DNA from: Balanoglossus misakiensis
Taxonomy: Eukaryota; Animalia; Hemichordata
Reading direction: 5' to 3'
Assembly: GCA_040954595.2 (NCBI GenBank)
Contig: CM082586.2
Coordinates: 7,409,337-7,473,336, forward strand
Length of the DNA stretch: 64,000 bases
A program made the translations under genes and the position numbers. The notes beneath the pieces were generated by a model, which was not told the DNA's origin, did not search any database, and saw only the letters and a program-made list of their open reading frames with translations. The first letter of the stretch is position 1; each line of letters starts with the position of its first letter. This document shows positions 27,362 to 39,970 of the stretch, one piece after another.

Positions 27362-29501
27362 ATTACCGACCCTTGGGTACAGCCGCGGCCACGAACGCAA
27401 TGTATTACCTTGCACGAGGCCTTGCATGGTGTTATTTCGATGACATCGTAATTAAGGTAGCTGGCTCTTAATTTACATGTATTTGTAGGCCAGCAGACAA
27501 GTAAGTGCGTGAAACGACCGTGATCAAACACCGTCGATATACAGTACCGCGTTACCTGCTTTAAAAATGTATTCACCGCCATATCTAAATGCATAACGTT
27601 TACTTGGGAGATTCCCAAGATAGGATCTACGTTAGGGTGAACAATAAATATGGAAAAACAGGTTATGCCGCCAAGTTTTATTACAGCAATATATTTTCGC
27701 CGTTATCTTTGAGTTTTAAGTTTGTCTCCTTAGATGGAGGGAGGATAAATCCGCTCAGGTGGATATATTTATCACGAAGTCTGCTATTAGAAAACTGCGC
27801 TTATCTGGAATATACTTTGGTGTAGGCGTATTAAGGTACTATCGCTGACTGCCCCTTTTCGTGATGCTTCTAACCATCTGTATTGTACCTGCGCATTGGC
27901 GCGCCGCCACACAGTAGCTGAACGCGGACACCGCGGGCACGCACAAGGCACGCGGGCTCGGCTAATTGGACACGGCCCGGGGCAGTGATCCGTGTAACAG
28001 TGGCCGAGATGGAGTGTCTGTTGGATAACACGCATCTCTGTAAATACCGCCTCGACGCAGATCGGACGACCGGATGCATTATACAGGCCTCCATCTGTAT
28101 AGTCAGTCACCTACCTGTCAATGTCGCTTCAGCGTGTTCCCTTGAATGGGGAAAAAATTCGTCCATGATAAATTACTTCACCGAGAGCTGTGAAATTTGA
28201 CTCCCCGATTCAAACTAATTGCACTGACGGACAGTGTTGGCGGATGGGAGATTGTGACTTGTGTGTCGTATCATAAAAAAATATTGGCAAGCGGGATTTT
28301 CCTCGATCGGATTATCGCTATTCAAAATGGCTAGCGTGAAAGTTATAATACGCATATGAGGTCGTAACTAACCCAGTTCGTGTTTGCACGATAATTCTCG
28401 CTACTTTAATTCAAATAAAACACAAATATATAAACTGTGTATTATAGATAAAAGTACGTCTTCAATATGTCTCAAGAAGTTAGTCAGCTATAGGGTTAGA
28501 CTTCTGTGACCATACTCTGACTGTCAAGAACACACCACATTGAATAACAACCTCATATTCTAAATGCCAAGTCTGTGCTCCGGAGCCTAATGTAAGAGTT
28601 CGAAAGTTGTAATTGAAGAGACCTCCTCATTTGGCGTAGTACTTCACTCCCCCTGGCGAAAACTGTATGCGTGGTCTAATGAAAAAAAAATGGAATGGGG
28701 GATCCTTGGCCGTTGCGTTTTTCCTTTCGGGCATGGGGTGTTTCCATTTCATTTCAATGATGGATACTTTACAAGATGTAATGAAGACGCCGGCTGGTTC
28801 ATTTTTGGCCGGTTGTTAATTGGAGAAGTCGTGACAATAAAAATAAATCGTAAACGTGCTGAAATTACAAGCGAAGGGTTTTAACCGGGAATCGTCACGC
28901 GCCCAGTATGGTGTTTTGAGTTGATCTGTGTTAATCCGGGTGAACGCATCAGACGGGTTTGCTTTCTGAGCACTGAAAGCCGCTCTCGTATAACTTTTCA
29001 CAGCAAACATGTAAAACGTCGACCAGTAGATCTATTTACATTTAACGTGACGGCAATTTCATCCTAAATGAGCGATGATAATGCCTTTTCATCTAGGTAT
29101 CAGAGCACACACGCCGTGAACTTGCAATCAGATCGTTATTTTTAAGTGTCCGTTGTTCGGATAAGGTTACAAATAAAGGGACCTAATTTAGTACTTGATT
29201 AAAAGAGAAGGGGGGACTTTCAAGGGAAAACGATCAAGAGAAATATATAACAGCCGACAAGCAAAGGGCGATATTACTTTACTGTCAGTGGATCATAACT
29301 ACACAAGCTGTGGTGAATCCTTGTTTGAAGTCAGACAGGCGTTATTTGTTTCACTGCACAAGTCATCCAAATAACCAATCCATATTCAGACTCGCGCATC
29401 CATCCTGTGTTCCATTGCGGACCAATGCGGATTGTTTTACCACAGCCAGAGTTCGGTGCGTCTAGTCTTTTTTAACAAAAACGAAATAACGAGTCACTTA
29501 C

Positions 29502-29592
29502 CGTGTTTGTAGAGCTCCGACGTCACGGCGTGAAGAATTTGCATACACACGAAAAATGTGTGCGTGTTCGGTAGAAAACGTTGCCACTGCAT
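29502..29592 (-). CDS. Candidate first coding exon with a signal-peptide-like leader (MQWQRFLPNTHTFFVCMQILHAVTSELYKH+G)
   Basis: ATG at 29592 has A at -3. It is followed by 30 codons plus 1 nt and a consensus donor ACG|GTAAGT (phase 1). The hydrophobic core FFVCMQILHAV is followed by small residues (VTS). It lies about 260 nt downstream of the promoter-like motifs. Confidence 0.4.
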
Positions 29593-29844
29593 CCTAAAGG
29601 GTGAGCGCTGAGGCACACGGGGAACGGTAGCAGCGCACAGCTTGTCGACGGAACAGCGCGCCGAGACCAGAGAGAGAGAGAAAGATCGGCGCTGTCGCTC
29701 GTGAGAGATGTCAAGCAAGGCAATGCTGTTTTCAGCCAGTATTCACGACGCTGCCATGTCCTTGTACCGTTTAGTCGAGTGGTTTCCAGATGTCACTGAG
29801 TCCTCAGCCAGAAAGTTTCCTCTCTCAGATCATATTCTCTCGAA

Positions 29845-30080
29845 GTAGTGACAACCTAGAGCGGCCGCAGCGTCAATATATACACAGACGAAAAGAGTGG
29901 AGATCCAAACGCTTTAAACGTTCATACCTTGTGTGCGAAGGCCACTCGGGTCGGTGATCATTGCGAAGCGGACTCCCTAGCCGAGGCTTAATTGGACGAC
30001 AACTGAATGAATTCCGAGTATGCACGCACAGCCGGCAGAAGCGATATGAAATTAAAAATCGAAGGCGAGAGCTGACGTCA
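29845..30080 (-). promoter_or_regulatory. Putative Pol II promoter (minus strand)
   Basis: TATATAT at 29882-29876, Inr-like TCACTA with +1 near 29849 (31-33 nt downstream), CCAAT at 29995-29991, full CRE TGACGTCA at 30073-30080, and a second CRE at 31136-31143. Confidence 0.35.
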
Positions 30081-30988
30081 CTAGTATATCCGATAACTCT
30101 AAGAGCGTTTTTAATATCGACCGTGTCTTGTTGTACAAGTGACTACAACGATTGACGCACGCAATCGTTGCATGCGACCAATCAAACCCGCCAAATATTC
30201 ACTGCAATTCTTCGCTAGACATTTGCAGAAATATGTATTTCATCGCAAAGAGAACCGGGCCGATTTTAACACTACCGAGAAATGTGACTTACAATATAAC
30301 CGTGGGAATAACGCTCACTGAAAAACACATGCTAATGTTGATTTAAATCAGGCATTTTCTAAGATGCATAAAACTTCCTGTAACGAACTTTAAACAGGGG
30401 ACGCCAAAGAACAATATATCGTAATAATGCCGATCAAAGTTGTATTCTCTTTCTGATCAACCCACGGAGTGTGGTACTATAGTGAGCAATTAGTGTACCT
30501 TACGGGGAAAAGTTGTTGAGTCTAAGCGTGTCATAAATATGCCTGTCAACACATACATACAGACATACGGATATACCGGAAATTGTATTATATTAATTTT
30601 ATGGGTACATTTATTTTCCCATCTTAGCTGAGATCCCTCATCTGTTAATTTAATGGACGTTATTCTCCAGTTGGCATGATCTCGTAATTTCTCTCTAATA
30701 TAATTTCAATATTGTGTCCCTGTTTGGCAAGTATCTCATTGAGGCATTTGTTAAATTGTATAGTTTGGCCGACCGGGTCTCGTTCGATCCGCGACTATTC
30801 AAATACTGTGTAAATGTGTTTAATGTACCTGCTTTTAGAAGGTACTGTGCACAAGTAAACAAGTTTCACTGACGTTGGTGGTATGCAGTGAACCTCAGTC
30901 TCTCAAGAAAGAGAGTGAATACTGGTATGGGCGCAAGCGCAGATGAATCAGACTACACATGCGCACAAGCGACCAACGATTACGAACT

Positions 30989-31001
30989 CCCCCCCCCCCC
31001 C
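30989..31001 (+). repeat. Poly(C)13
   Basis: Read directly. Confidence 0.95.
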
Positions 31002-32502
31002 TTCAACACACATCAACCTTCTTTGAAAAACCAATGATTGACTTAAAAAAGCGATTTTATTTCGCGTTACTCAACACGGGCTTCGTGTTGAATAATTTAG
31101 TTAATCGCAGTTGTGCATTTAGACTACTGCGTGAATGACGTCATAAACCTGTCACGTCATTCGTTAATTGAATTTTGAAATAACGATGCAGGGAAAGGTC
31201 TCAATTTTTTAACGTGGTTACGGTGACAAATTTAGAAATGACCCTATTATTTCGCTTAAATTGTTTCTGTCAATTAACTCAGCTATGCTGGCGCTGAGCC
31301 GAGCGGCGGACATTGCACATCTGTAAACGTTATCCTTCCATATTCTATTTCAGATCTCATCCTGACATGCTTATTTAATCTCTTGAACTTTCACAAGCAT
31401 ATCTTTAAAACGAGTTGATTTTACAGAACCTTGTAAAATGATACCATCGTTTGAGAACTTCAGAATGATCGAGTAAAAATATTTTCTGTCCGCGAAATAA
31501 TTCTTCAGTCAAAAGAAAATTGCCACAAGGGAGAATTTAGAGAACGGTAAAATAGCACTCGGCATTTATGGAAATTTTCACCGCCGAGTGAACATTTTTT
31601 CACCGTAAGGTGACTGACTGACCTTCCGCTAATTAAGCTGGTGATGACCATGCCGAGTGTGTCTCCGCGCAGCCTCTTTTATTCTAGCAACCCCGCAAAA
31701 CGTGCGCCTCCATGCGATATAAGTATGAACAATCAGTATATGACCAACGGCAACGCTCTCATCAGTGAAGGTGTTAAAAACTCTTTAATAGCGAAACCAG
31801 TGATTCTAAATATCTCGGTGCGGTAACAGTCATTGTCCACGTTTACAACGAAACTATGTGATCACTAGAACATAACCATCCATACAATTACATCCAAGCA
31901 AAGCTGATAGTAATTTATGACGTTTAAGCAGATTTATGAGAAGTAATTTCGATTACATATAACCGCCGGGCCTGTAATATATTCCTTAATCGCAAGACGT
32001 ATGATACGTCTTTTTTACCGAGCCATCTTAGTAACTGGTTCTGTTATTTTGTATAGACAGAAACCTGTTATGGGAACTAAAGTGACCTTCCCCTTACCGT
32101 CAGTTCTCGCTTTCATAATTATGTAAATGTAGCCATAAAATTGAAAAACCGCATTCCAGGAAAATCATTTTGTGTTGACATGTACATATTGTTGCCTAAG
32201 GACTATTTCAATTATTGCTTAACCACCAATACAAAGCATAAAGTACTAAAGGCTTTATCGAAGTTGCCTACTTTAAAGTATAATTGCACTTTTTAATGAC
32301 ACTCCCTTCCAATGTATTGCCTTAAGTAAAGGTATATTAATATGGATATTCCTTAATGTGGATTTTCTGTTCTGTTAAAAATTTAGTATACCACTTTCTA
32401 ATAGTCATCCTGATTTTAAAAACACTGCGGGGTTTTAATTCAGTTTTATTCCCGCCATCTACGTCCACAAACTGTACATGGATGTAAGGTACACTGACCT
32501 AT

Positions 32503-32645
32503 TTCAAAAGTCTAGCGCCCTCATGCAACATCACGAATTTGAACTCAAAGCGAGGCTAAGTGGGAAATCCCCTTGATTTGATTGGTCAACTTGCCACATT
32601 GGCCTCGCTTTGGGTTCAAATTCATGAGGGCGCTAGACTTATGAA
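32503..32645. mobile_element. Fold-back (hairpin) element, MITE-like
   Basis: ttcaaaagtctagcgccctcatg-[short insertion]-gaatttgaactcaaagcgaggctaagtgg pairs with ccacattggcctcgctttgggttcaaattcatgagggcgctagacttatgaa. About 50 bp of stem around a ~30-nt loop. No TSD seen. Confidence 0.75.
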
Positions 32646-35412
32646 GAGGGCGTATTCCCTTGACACCCAAACGCTTTCTTCAGCAAAGAAGCTTCAAGCA
32701 ATTGATCACGACGAAAGTAGAATGATCAATTACCCCGAGGCCGAGTCAGGAGGTGCCTCCTTATCGAAGGTTTTCTAATTAAAATGTTTACATCATCCGG
32801 TCATTGGATTGAGGATTTGATGATAAAATATGGCGCGATTTATGTCAGTGAGAGCGAATGCAATTTGTGTCGTCTGCAGTTAGCTGTGAAAACTTCCACA
32901 GATCCGCAACACCGCAACCAATATTATTACTTCGTCACGATTGATCATTTAGATTTACGGGGCAGTTTCGCAATGTCGTCTTACTTAGTAATACCCACAC
33001 GGTCGTTATCAACACATAAATCAATGTGTTTTTGTTACACGAAGTTTTTACTCTTTAACTTTCAAACTCTTTGCCAGACACACGCTCAGATGTACCAACT
33101 AACCTTGATCTTGAGCTGGTGTGTTTGTTTGCGCGTTATACCCAATTGCAAGTTGTATTTTACAATCAACCTTTTCAATCATGCATGTGAACGAATATGA
33201 CATTTATGTGGACAGTAATTTTTAATGTACCATGAATGTTTTAAAACACAAAACGCCCGTATGATCATCTTGATATAGACCTGATTTTCCGGGATCGAGA
33301 AGAAAATATCCTGCTGTATCAAAACAGTTTGCCTCTGTTATTTTCCTAGTCTATACATGAACAAGAATTGTGTATAAAGGTACTGCCTGCCTATACAATG
33401 CGTACAGTCTGATGTATTAACCTTAATAGGTCATTGATGTTTACTCGGGCATCTAGCACACTGCATTTGAACAATTGAGGCAATTCTATTACTGATAAGG
33501 CGGCTTTTAATCTTTTGATTACGAGAAGGGCGTTCGGACTGAGCCTTTGGCTGGTTAATAAGGCAACAGGAAGAAAAAAGGGCTTTGTACCTTGTGTAAC
33601 ATTTTCTTTCAAACCAGATTGCCAACAACCTTAAGCACTCTATCGCTGGAAACATAATTACCTTTATGGAACATTAGGATAAAGTAAGGAGAAATTTGCA
33701 TGAAGCGGCTGAATTTAAGTGCAACGGGCCAAGCGAAATGGCCACTTAACCGGTAATGGGACAGCAGTTAGCAAAATATGCTGCTGTTTTTAATTCCTTG
33801 GTTTTTACTGTTCGATTTACGTTACGAATAAGTACGGCCCGACTTTAGATACGCAACCAGTGTGCATTAAGGGGAATAAGCAAGAAGCTGTCTATGGTGT
33901 AGCCTCTGTATTCTGTCTGCTGCAACCCGTTTTGATTGTGTTGTTAGTTCAATGACATCTAAGTGTCTTGTCGTTGTTCAAAGACGCCATGATTCGAAGA
34001 TTCAACACGTGTTTAAAACGCAAAGATCTCCTTTGTAGATAAGTTTATACATGGTTATTTTAACTTGTAATGGCGACAACACTGCCGATATTAAGTGTCA
34101 AATGGGGTTATTTTATGCAAGAGTCAACCGGTTAACTCGCTATTTTTAGAACTGTCCTTATTTGGTGAAAGCTCCATAATTTCAAGCCTGTTGCTTGTTC
34201 TATGTATTGCTCGCATACCGTAGGAGTGTGTGTTCACTAAAACGTTAGCCGATAGTTTTCGAGTATACCGAGTACAGAATTGTGTCTAATATCGATGGCG
34301 AATTGAGCATCTCTGTCACTTATGAATGGCAAATTTTATTCCTTTCTGAGACAAAACCGCACTCAGTAATCACAGTGCTACACGAGGTTAAGGAAAGGTG
34401 ACATTTATTCTTATTGCCTCTTCCTGCCTCTTCGCATTTTTTCCTGAAAACCTGTTAAAAGTAATCTGCCTTAATTGAGGTCAAACGCAGTCAATGAATT
34501 CTAGAGGATCTCGAGGACTCTGATACGTTTTCTGAAGAATTTCCTGATCCTGATGAACGATGAATAGTTCTCCCTACTCGGACGTATTCCGCGGTATTCC
34601 GCTGTATTAGTTGACGCACCGCAGTTCCATTATATTTAAGGACCCAATCACCTATCGGTTTACCTAAGCATGCATCTCTAGGGGATGGCCTAGTGTAGTA
34701 CCACAACACAGAAAAAAGATTTCACTCTTCCTAGCTAGTGGCGATCAGAATAACCCCGTAGAGGTTTACTGCCCCGGCAGCGAGAGAGTGATAGTAATTC
34801 CAGTCCAATAATACTGATGGACACACAAGGTCGTTTGTGACAAGATCAAGACACACAATGAAACTTCGGTGTGCCATCGTGCAGTTGGAATAAGTGTAAA
34901 CTTAACCAAGCAAGAGAGACGAAAATCGAAATCTGGCAATTAAAGACAGCGTTTGCTACCACACGGGACAACGCTGTGCAATGTCTGATGGTGCGAGTTG
35001 GAATCGATCTGCTTCTTGCCCTTTCTGCTAGTTTAAATGTTAATGAAATTAGATGAATTATTCCCTAAATAGCGTTTGAATGTTAACAGGCGCCTGCCCA
35101 CAAATTATATCTGTAACTTCACGTAATGAGAATTGAAAGGCGTTTTGTTATACAAGGTTTACAGTCGCCACCAACCACCTTGCGCTAGTAGCGTTTCTCT
35201 GTCAGTAGGTCAGGATCTTATAGAATCTTATAGGTGATGTCTCTCAGATAGTTACATTGCTTCTCACGTTAGGTTTAGTTCCTCTGTCGGGTCTGAAATA
35301 TTTGTCACCCTATTTGTTTAAACTTATAGTGTGCATGTAGTTTTTGACAGTAATAACCTCTTTGTCTTAAAGCTGCGATTTCGGTTTGTTTGAGGATCCG
35401 AGGATTGTTGTA

Positions 35413-35426
35413 GGGGGGGGGGGGGG
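35413..35426 (+). repeat. Poly(G)14
   Basis: Read directly. Confidence 0.95.
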
Positions 35427-38400
35427 TAAAAATGTCTTAACTGCGCAGGTCTCTCTGTCGTCTACTGCTAAAGTGGATTTCACTCTGGATATTGAGTCCT
35501 CGAGATTTTATTTTTGTAAAAATCCGTCTCTCGATTTTTTTAGACTTCGTGCAATTCCTCTCGTAATATGGCATCATTCTGGGAGAGCCGATTGAAATCT
35601 GAAAATTAAGCTATGGAATGTTTTGTGTCCGCGACAGAGAAAGGGCCGACAGGACTTTCAATACACCCTGCAAACAACACCTAGTTTGCCAATATTTCAA
35701 ATTGACACAACATTCTGTGGTAACTATGAAGGGAGAAAAGTGAAATATCGGGGAAAAAGCACGAAGACGAAATCCGGCTATTCAATTTTACAGTGACTCG
35801 AATAAGAATTGATAAGCAAACGACATGTAGATTTTCAAAACATTCTGTCTCTTAATATCAGACTACATCTCCATTCTGTTCGACCCTTGCTGCCTCGCTG
35901 AAATTTTCGTGATACGAGTTACACAAAACTGCTCATTCTAATACTCACTATGATTTGGACAATTTGATTTTGTTGTCATGGTGACATAGACCCTGCATTG
36001 ACGGGAATCAAAGGGCTGCTTTCCCGCCCTTTCTTCAAGCCCTGGGGTATGAAGTTATACGTACGACAAAGGACTTCGTGTGACTATCATGTCATAGTGT
36101 CAATTTCTCTTGCAAGACGGAGTTGTTATCTTAACAATGCTGTCTGCCTCAATATGAAAGCAGAATAGAATGAATTGAGATATCGTGCGTTATGAAATAA
36201 CTTGTGATGAACGACGCAACGTTACGTGGACAATCAGCTCTCTGACTGTGTATGCTTATACTTATACTCAAAAGTCGTTGTGGTGCGTGCGCACGACCTG
36301 TCTATACGTATACAATGTACATTGCAACGATAGGTATGTTTCGGAGATGTCCTCAAGAAAACCGCTACCAGACTGGGGTTGCCACCTGTAAGAGAAATCA
36401 AATGTCTCCGGCAGACCCATATAAGTTTGTACAACATGTCACCGACTTGAAGATCGTTGAAAAATAATTGCAGTTTCCTTTGTTAATTTTGGTCCTGAGA
36501 ATTTTCTGGAAGTTTGACGATTTGACAAGAAAGGACGTTTGCACTACCAACCATGTGTGACCGTCAACAACACTGCGTTGAGTTCGACCTCGTTACCTTT
36601 ATGCATTTTATATATTAATGAGTATAATTTACTTTCATAATGATATAGTAGTAGAGAGACATTGGGGAACATTTGTCAACAAAGCTTGTTTTTTAAGTGC
36701 TGTTTTCTCGAGGGAGCACCCATTTTTCATGGTCATTAGTGCGAAGATCAGCGGCCGCACTTTTCTGTGCGCTGGTAAGCAGAGCATGTCCATGGTTGAT
36801 GAAGCTGTCGATAAGATCACCCTTAAATCACCCAAAACAAGTGCATGCCAAGTCTTTCTGGAAGCCCGCCGTTTGAATTTACATACTCAGGCTCTGACTG
36901 AGTAGGTTGAGACGGCCTTTCACAGTTCGTTCGGCCGCCAACGGCTCCAAATCTTCCGATCAGGTGTACGCGTGCATCTACAGCTTTTGAAGAAATCGAT
37001 ATACCCCTGCTAGTGCGCGCATCACTTACATATAGAAAATTTGACCGTCTTAAAAAACAACTTCATTCTCGATGACCCATGGATAACGTGCTATTGGCCA
37101 GGTGACATTTCGACTTTGTCAGAGAAATTGGATAATGTCACCATCACGCGTCACCTTTGAAGACGCGCATCGCCGTCAAAGAACATCGCCGTCCTTTGTA
37201 AGGCATCGCCCTTGATCTCTCAACAGTCGCCATGGCAATCCGCAACGTCGGTGTTGTGCATACGGCTGTATTACTCGCCAAGAATTATATCGCAAGGGCA
37301 AGAAGGCCCTGTTTCTATTTGTTTGTGCACACTGACGTAGACCTCTAAAGATCATAGTAGTTTATATGTGGGGCCTTGCTTGTCCAAAATCATGACTTCG
37401 CTTATGTTCAAGCCACCATGAAACCGACAGAGACAGAACCTAGGACAGCATTTATATTTATAAGACACTCCTAAAACGTCTTACATGGTTGCATAAAGTA
37501 CCTTGCAAAAGGTGGCCAGAATTTTCAGGAAGGGTCGTAACTCCCCCAGTACGACGGGAACATGTACTACATGCAAATGTACCTTCTCTTTTACTCCATC
37601 GCTCAAATATCGCTCTGGAACGAACAATGAAGGGTCAAGCGGTAACGCCATCAGAATCGTAAATTCCTGCAGCTCGTGTTCGTGGAATTAAAGAAGCAAA
37701 TATTACGTATTAATGCCACTGATCGGTTGACTGTTCTCGTTTTTCAGGGTTTTTTAACGATGTTAGCACAGAACGCATGATCAGAGGCTTACGCCTTTCC
37801 CAGAACAGGTATTTAAAAAGAACAGTAAATGTTCATAAGTCAGGATAAGGTTGTTTGGATCAGGGTATCTATGGACAAATTTATGACAATACTGCTACGG
37901 AAATATTATTCTTAATTTGATTAGATCCAAATGCGACGATTATCATACTTTCTGGAATCCGATCTTTTTGATGACGCAAGCGTTTAATAATTTGCCCGGA
38001 TTTCCAATCGGTTACTAAGTCGTACCAGACCTGGATCTCCATTACGGTTAAACTGTCGACCATCATCCCACTTCGAAAATGACCGTCATCTAGCTCTCAG
38101 TTTAAATTAATTACAAATCCGTTTAATCTGTGTTAAAATGAAAACATTACAAACATCATGTCTTACATTAATTCTGTTTTTCGTACAAAAATGGATTCGT
38201 GTGTCTCTTTATCTTTCTGTACAATCATATTGGATATAACAGCTTACATTTAAAAATACGATTATTGTGGATTGATTGATTATTATTTCTGTCTTCAATG
38301 ATATTATACGCATTACCTTCCATTGCATTTTGCCGGTTTTTTTCTGATCATTGGTTTTTATAATTGGTACTGAAATGGCAATCGAGTCTAGAGTAGTTTA

Positions 38401-39051
38401 ACATACGGCCTTTTGGAAATTTGTTGGTGACTCCGGGGTCGTGTCCACCCCACACCCCACATGTACTCCTCCATCGTCATCCAGGGTTTCTGCTCGTTGT
38501 GGTCACCACGAGAACATCTGTCAATGGCTAGATTTCAGCCTTTCATGGCATCTGTGGCTAGATTTGCATAGGTGACCGCATGCTTTTAAAATCACATTGG
38601 AATCATAGTGTCAAGTGATGACATTGGCAAAGGGGTTGAAACACCTAACTTGAGAAGAAAAAAACGCCGAAGCGATGGAAAGAGTGAAATAATTTTTTTC
38701 TATTTAGCTGTACTCAACGCTAGTCGTTTTACTGAGTATGTTTTGACGTAGTATAATACTTACGAAATTCCATGGAGATTATATCAAGAATACTCTACTG
38801 TTGCGCAAAACACTTTGGCACGACTCAGGAGAACCACTCTTGAGTGAATTATACCCACTATGGTGCCAGGGATGGCCTGTGATCGCTTATAAGCCTCCGA
38901 TATTATCACTAGACAGATGGAACTTCAACTAACTGAGCAGAACGATGAATTAACCCTTTTTCCGAATTGAAGGTCATAGACCGATTGCATCTCAATTTAT
39001 TAGCAGCGACATAGTTTAAAATGAATTTCATCTTTATACATGTAATTCTCC

Positions 39052-39397
39052 CTACCTTAAATAGGTTTTAAGCTCCCTAAGTGAGTGATGAAAATCTCAT
39101 ATGGTCGACACAATTTCAAGATGGCCGATTTTTGCCATGTTTAAGAAATGGGAGTTCATAAGCTAAAGTGATGATGGGTCATTCTGAAACTTTTTAAGAG
39201 AAAAAATAACAAAATGTGAAAAAAAATTAATGAGTTTAATATGGTAACTACAAAGACAGACATGTTTGACGAAAGGAAGTCATGAAATACAGTAAACATA
39301 TCATTTCACTTCCTACAGTGGGTTGTCGACTTTTCGCCCAGAATGCAATGTTATTTGACCCCTATACTAGCGCAAAGTGAAAACCTATTTAAGGCAG
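39052..39397. mobile_element. ~340-bp non-autonomous TIR element
   Basis: ccttaaataggtttt (39055-39069) and aaaacctatttaagg (39380-39394) form a perfect 15-bp inverted repeat containing TTAA, extendable by 3 nt with one mismatch. A homologous copy lies at 7131-7462. Confidence 0.8.
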
Positions 39398-39454
39398 CCA
39401 GAATTCTGTGAAGACATTTAAGCCTCATTAAGGTCCAGTTAATAGTATTGAGAG

Positions 39455-39503
39455 TAGTACTTCTTCGCCTTCTTGCTGTTACTGTTGCTGTTGTTGTTGT
39501 TGT
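39455..39503 (+). repeat. Degenerate (CTT)/(TTG)n trinucleotide tract
   Basis: Read directly. Confidence 0.8.
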
Positions 39504-39811
39504 GTTTCCATATGTACAATTCTTAAGAAAGAGAATTGTGGGTTCATAAACGCGATTGAAGATGAGCAAGAACAGAAATCAACGCTTCTCCTCGACCTAT
39601 AAATGGACATTTTGTAGTCTGCTCAGAGCCGAGAATTCAGACGAGGACTCCCCGATGAGATCCGCACTGTTGGGTAGGAGTTTCAATTAACAGATGGAGA
39701 ACATCACTCGAGGGTACCCAAGTGGTTGCAGTTCCAGAGAGGAGTAAATTATTGCGGAGCTGACAAATGTATACGCAGACGAAGGGAGGCAGGGCATTTC
39801 AAGTGCACGAC

Positions 39812-39834
39812 TGTTGTGTTTGTTTGTGTGTGTA

Positions 39835-39866
<32 letters not shown>

Positions 39867-39893
39867 CTTGAATGGATGTATGGATGAATGGAT
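39812..39893 (+). repeat. (TG)n microsatellite followed by (TGGA/TGAA/TGTA)n, abutting the satellite edge
   Basis: (TG)13 is perfect at 39841-39866, followed by tgaatggatgtatggatgaatggat. Confidence 0.95.
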
Positions 39894-39895
39894 AC

Positions 39896-39970
39896 GAAAT
39901 TTTGAAACTTCGCAAAGTCAAACAATTGTCATTTTTAGATGATTTTCATGAACTAGAACCAATGATTTTT
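39896..39970 (-). repeat. Single inverted, diverged partial copy of the 88-bp satellite monomer
   Basis: gaaattttgaaacttcgcaaagtcaaacaattgtcatttttagatgattttcatgaactagaaccaatgattttt matches the reverse complement of monomer positions 1-75 with about 7 substitutions. Confidence 0.93.

Noticed and set aside
27116-27451. R/E/T/D/Q-rich and L/S/V/C-rich ORFs (also 5964..6248 and 16487..16763)
   Set aside because: They are translations of microsatellites.
30765-30790. tRNA or SINE with A-box-like tggccgaccgg and B-box gttcgatcc
   Set aside because: The boxes are only ~6 nt apart and no cloverleaf can be drawn.
37600-37651. Cytochrome P450 PERF-like motif (DPSLFVPERYL) on the minus strand
   Set aside because: No downstream FxxGxRxCxG heme motif or upstream ExxR in any nearby frame I could read. 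Treated as coincidence.
38950-38962. piggyBac-like end TTAACCCTTT
   Set aside because: No matching inverted terminus downstream in the window.
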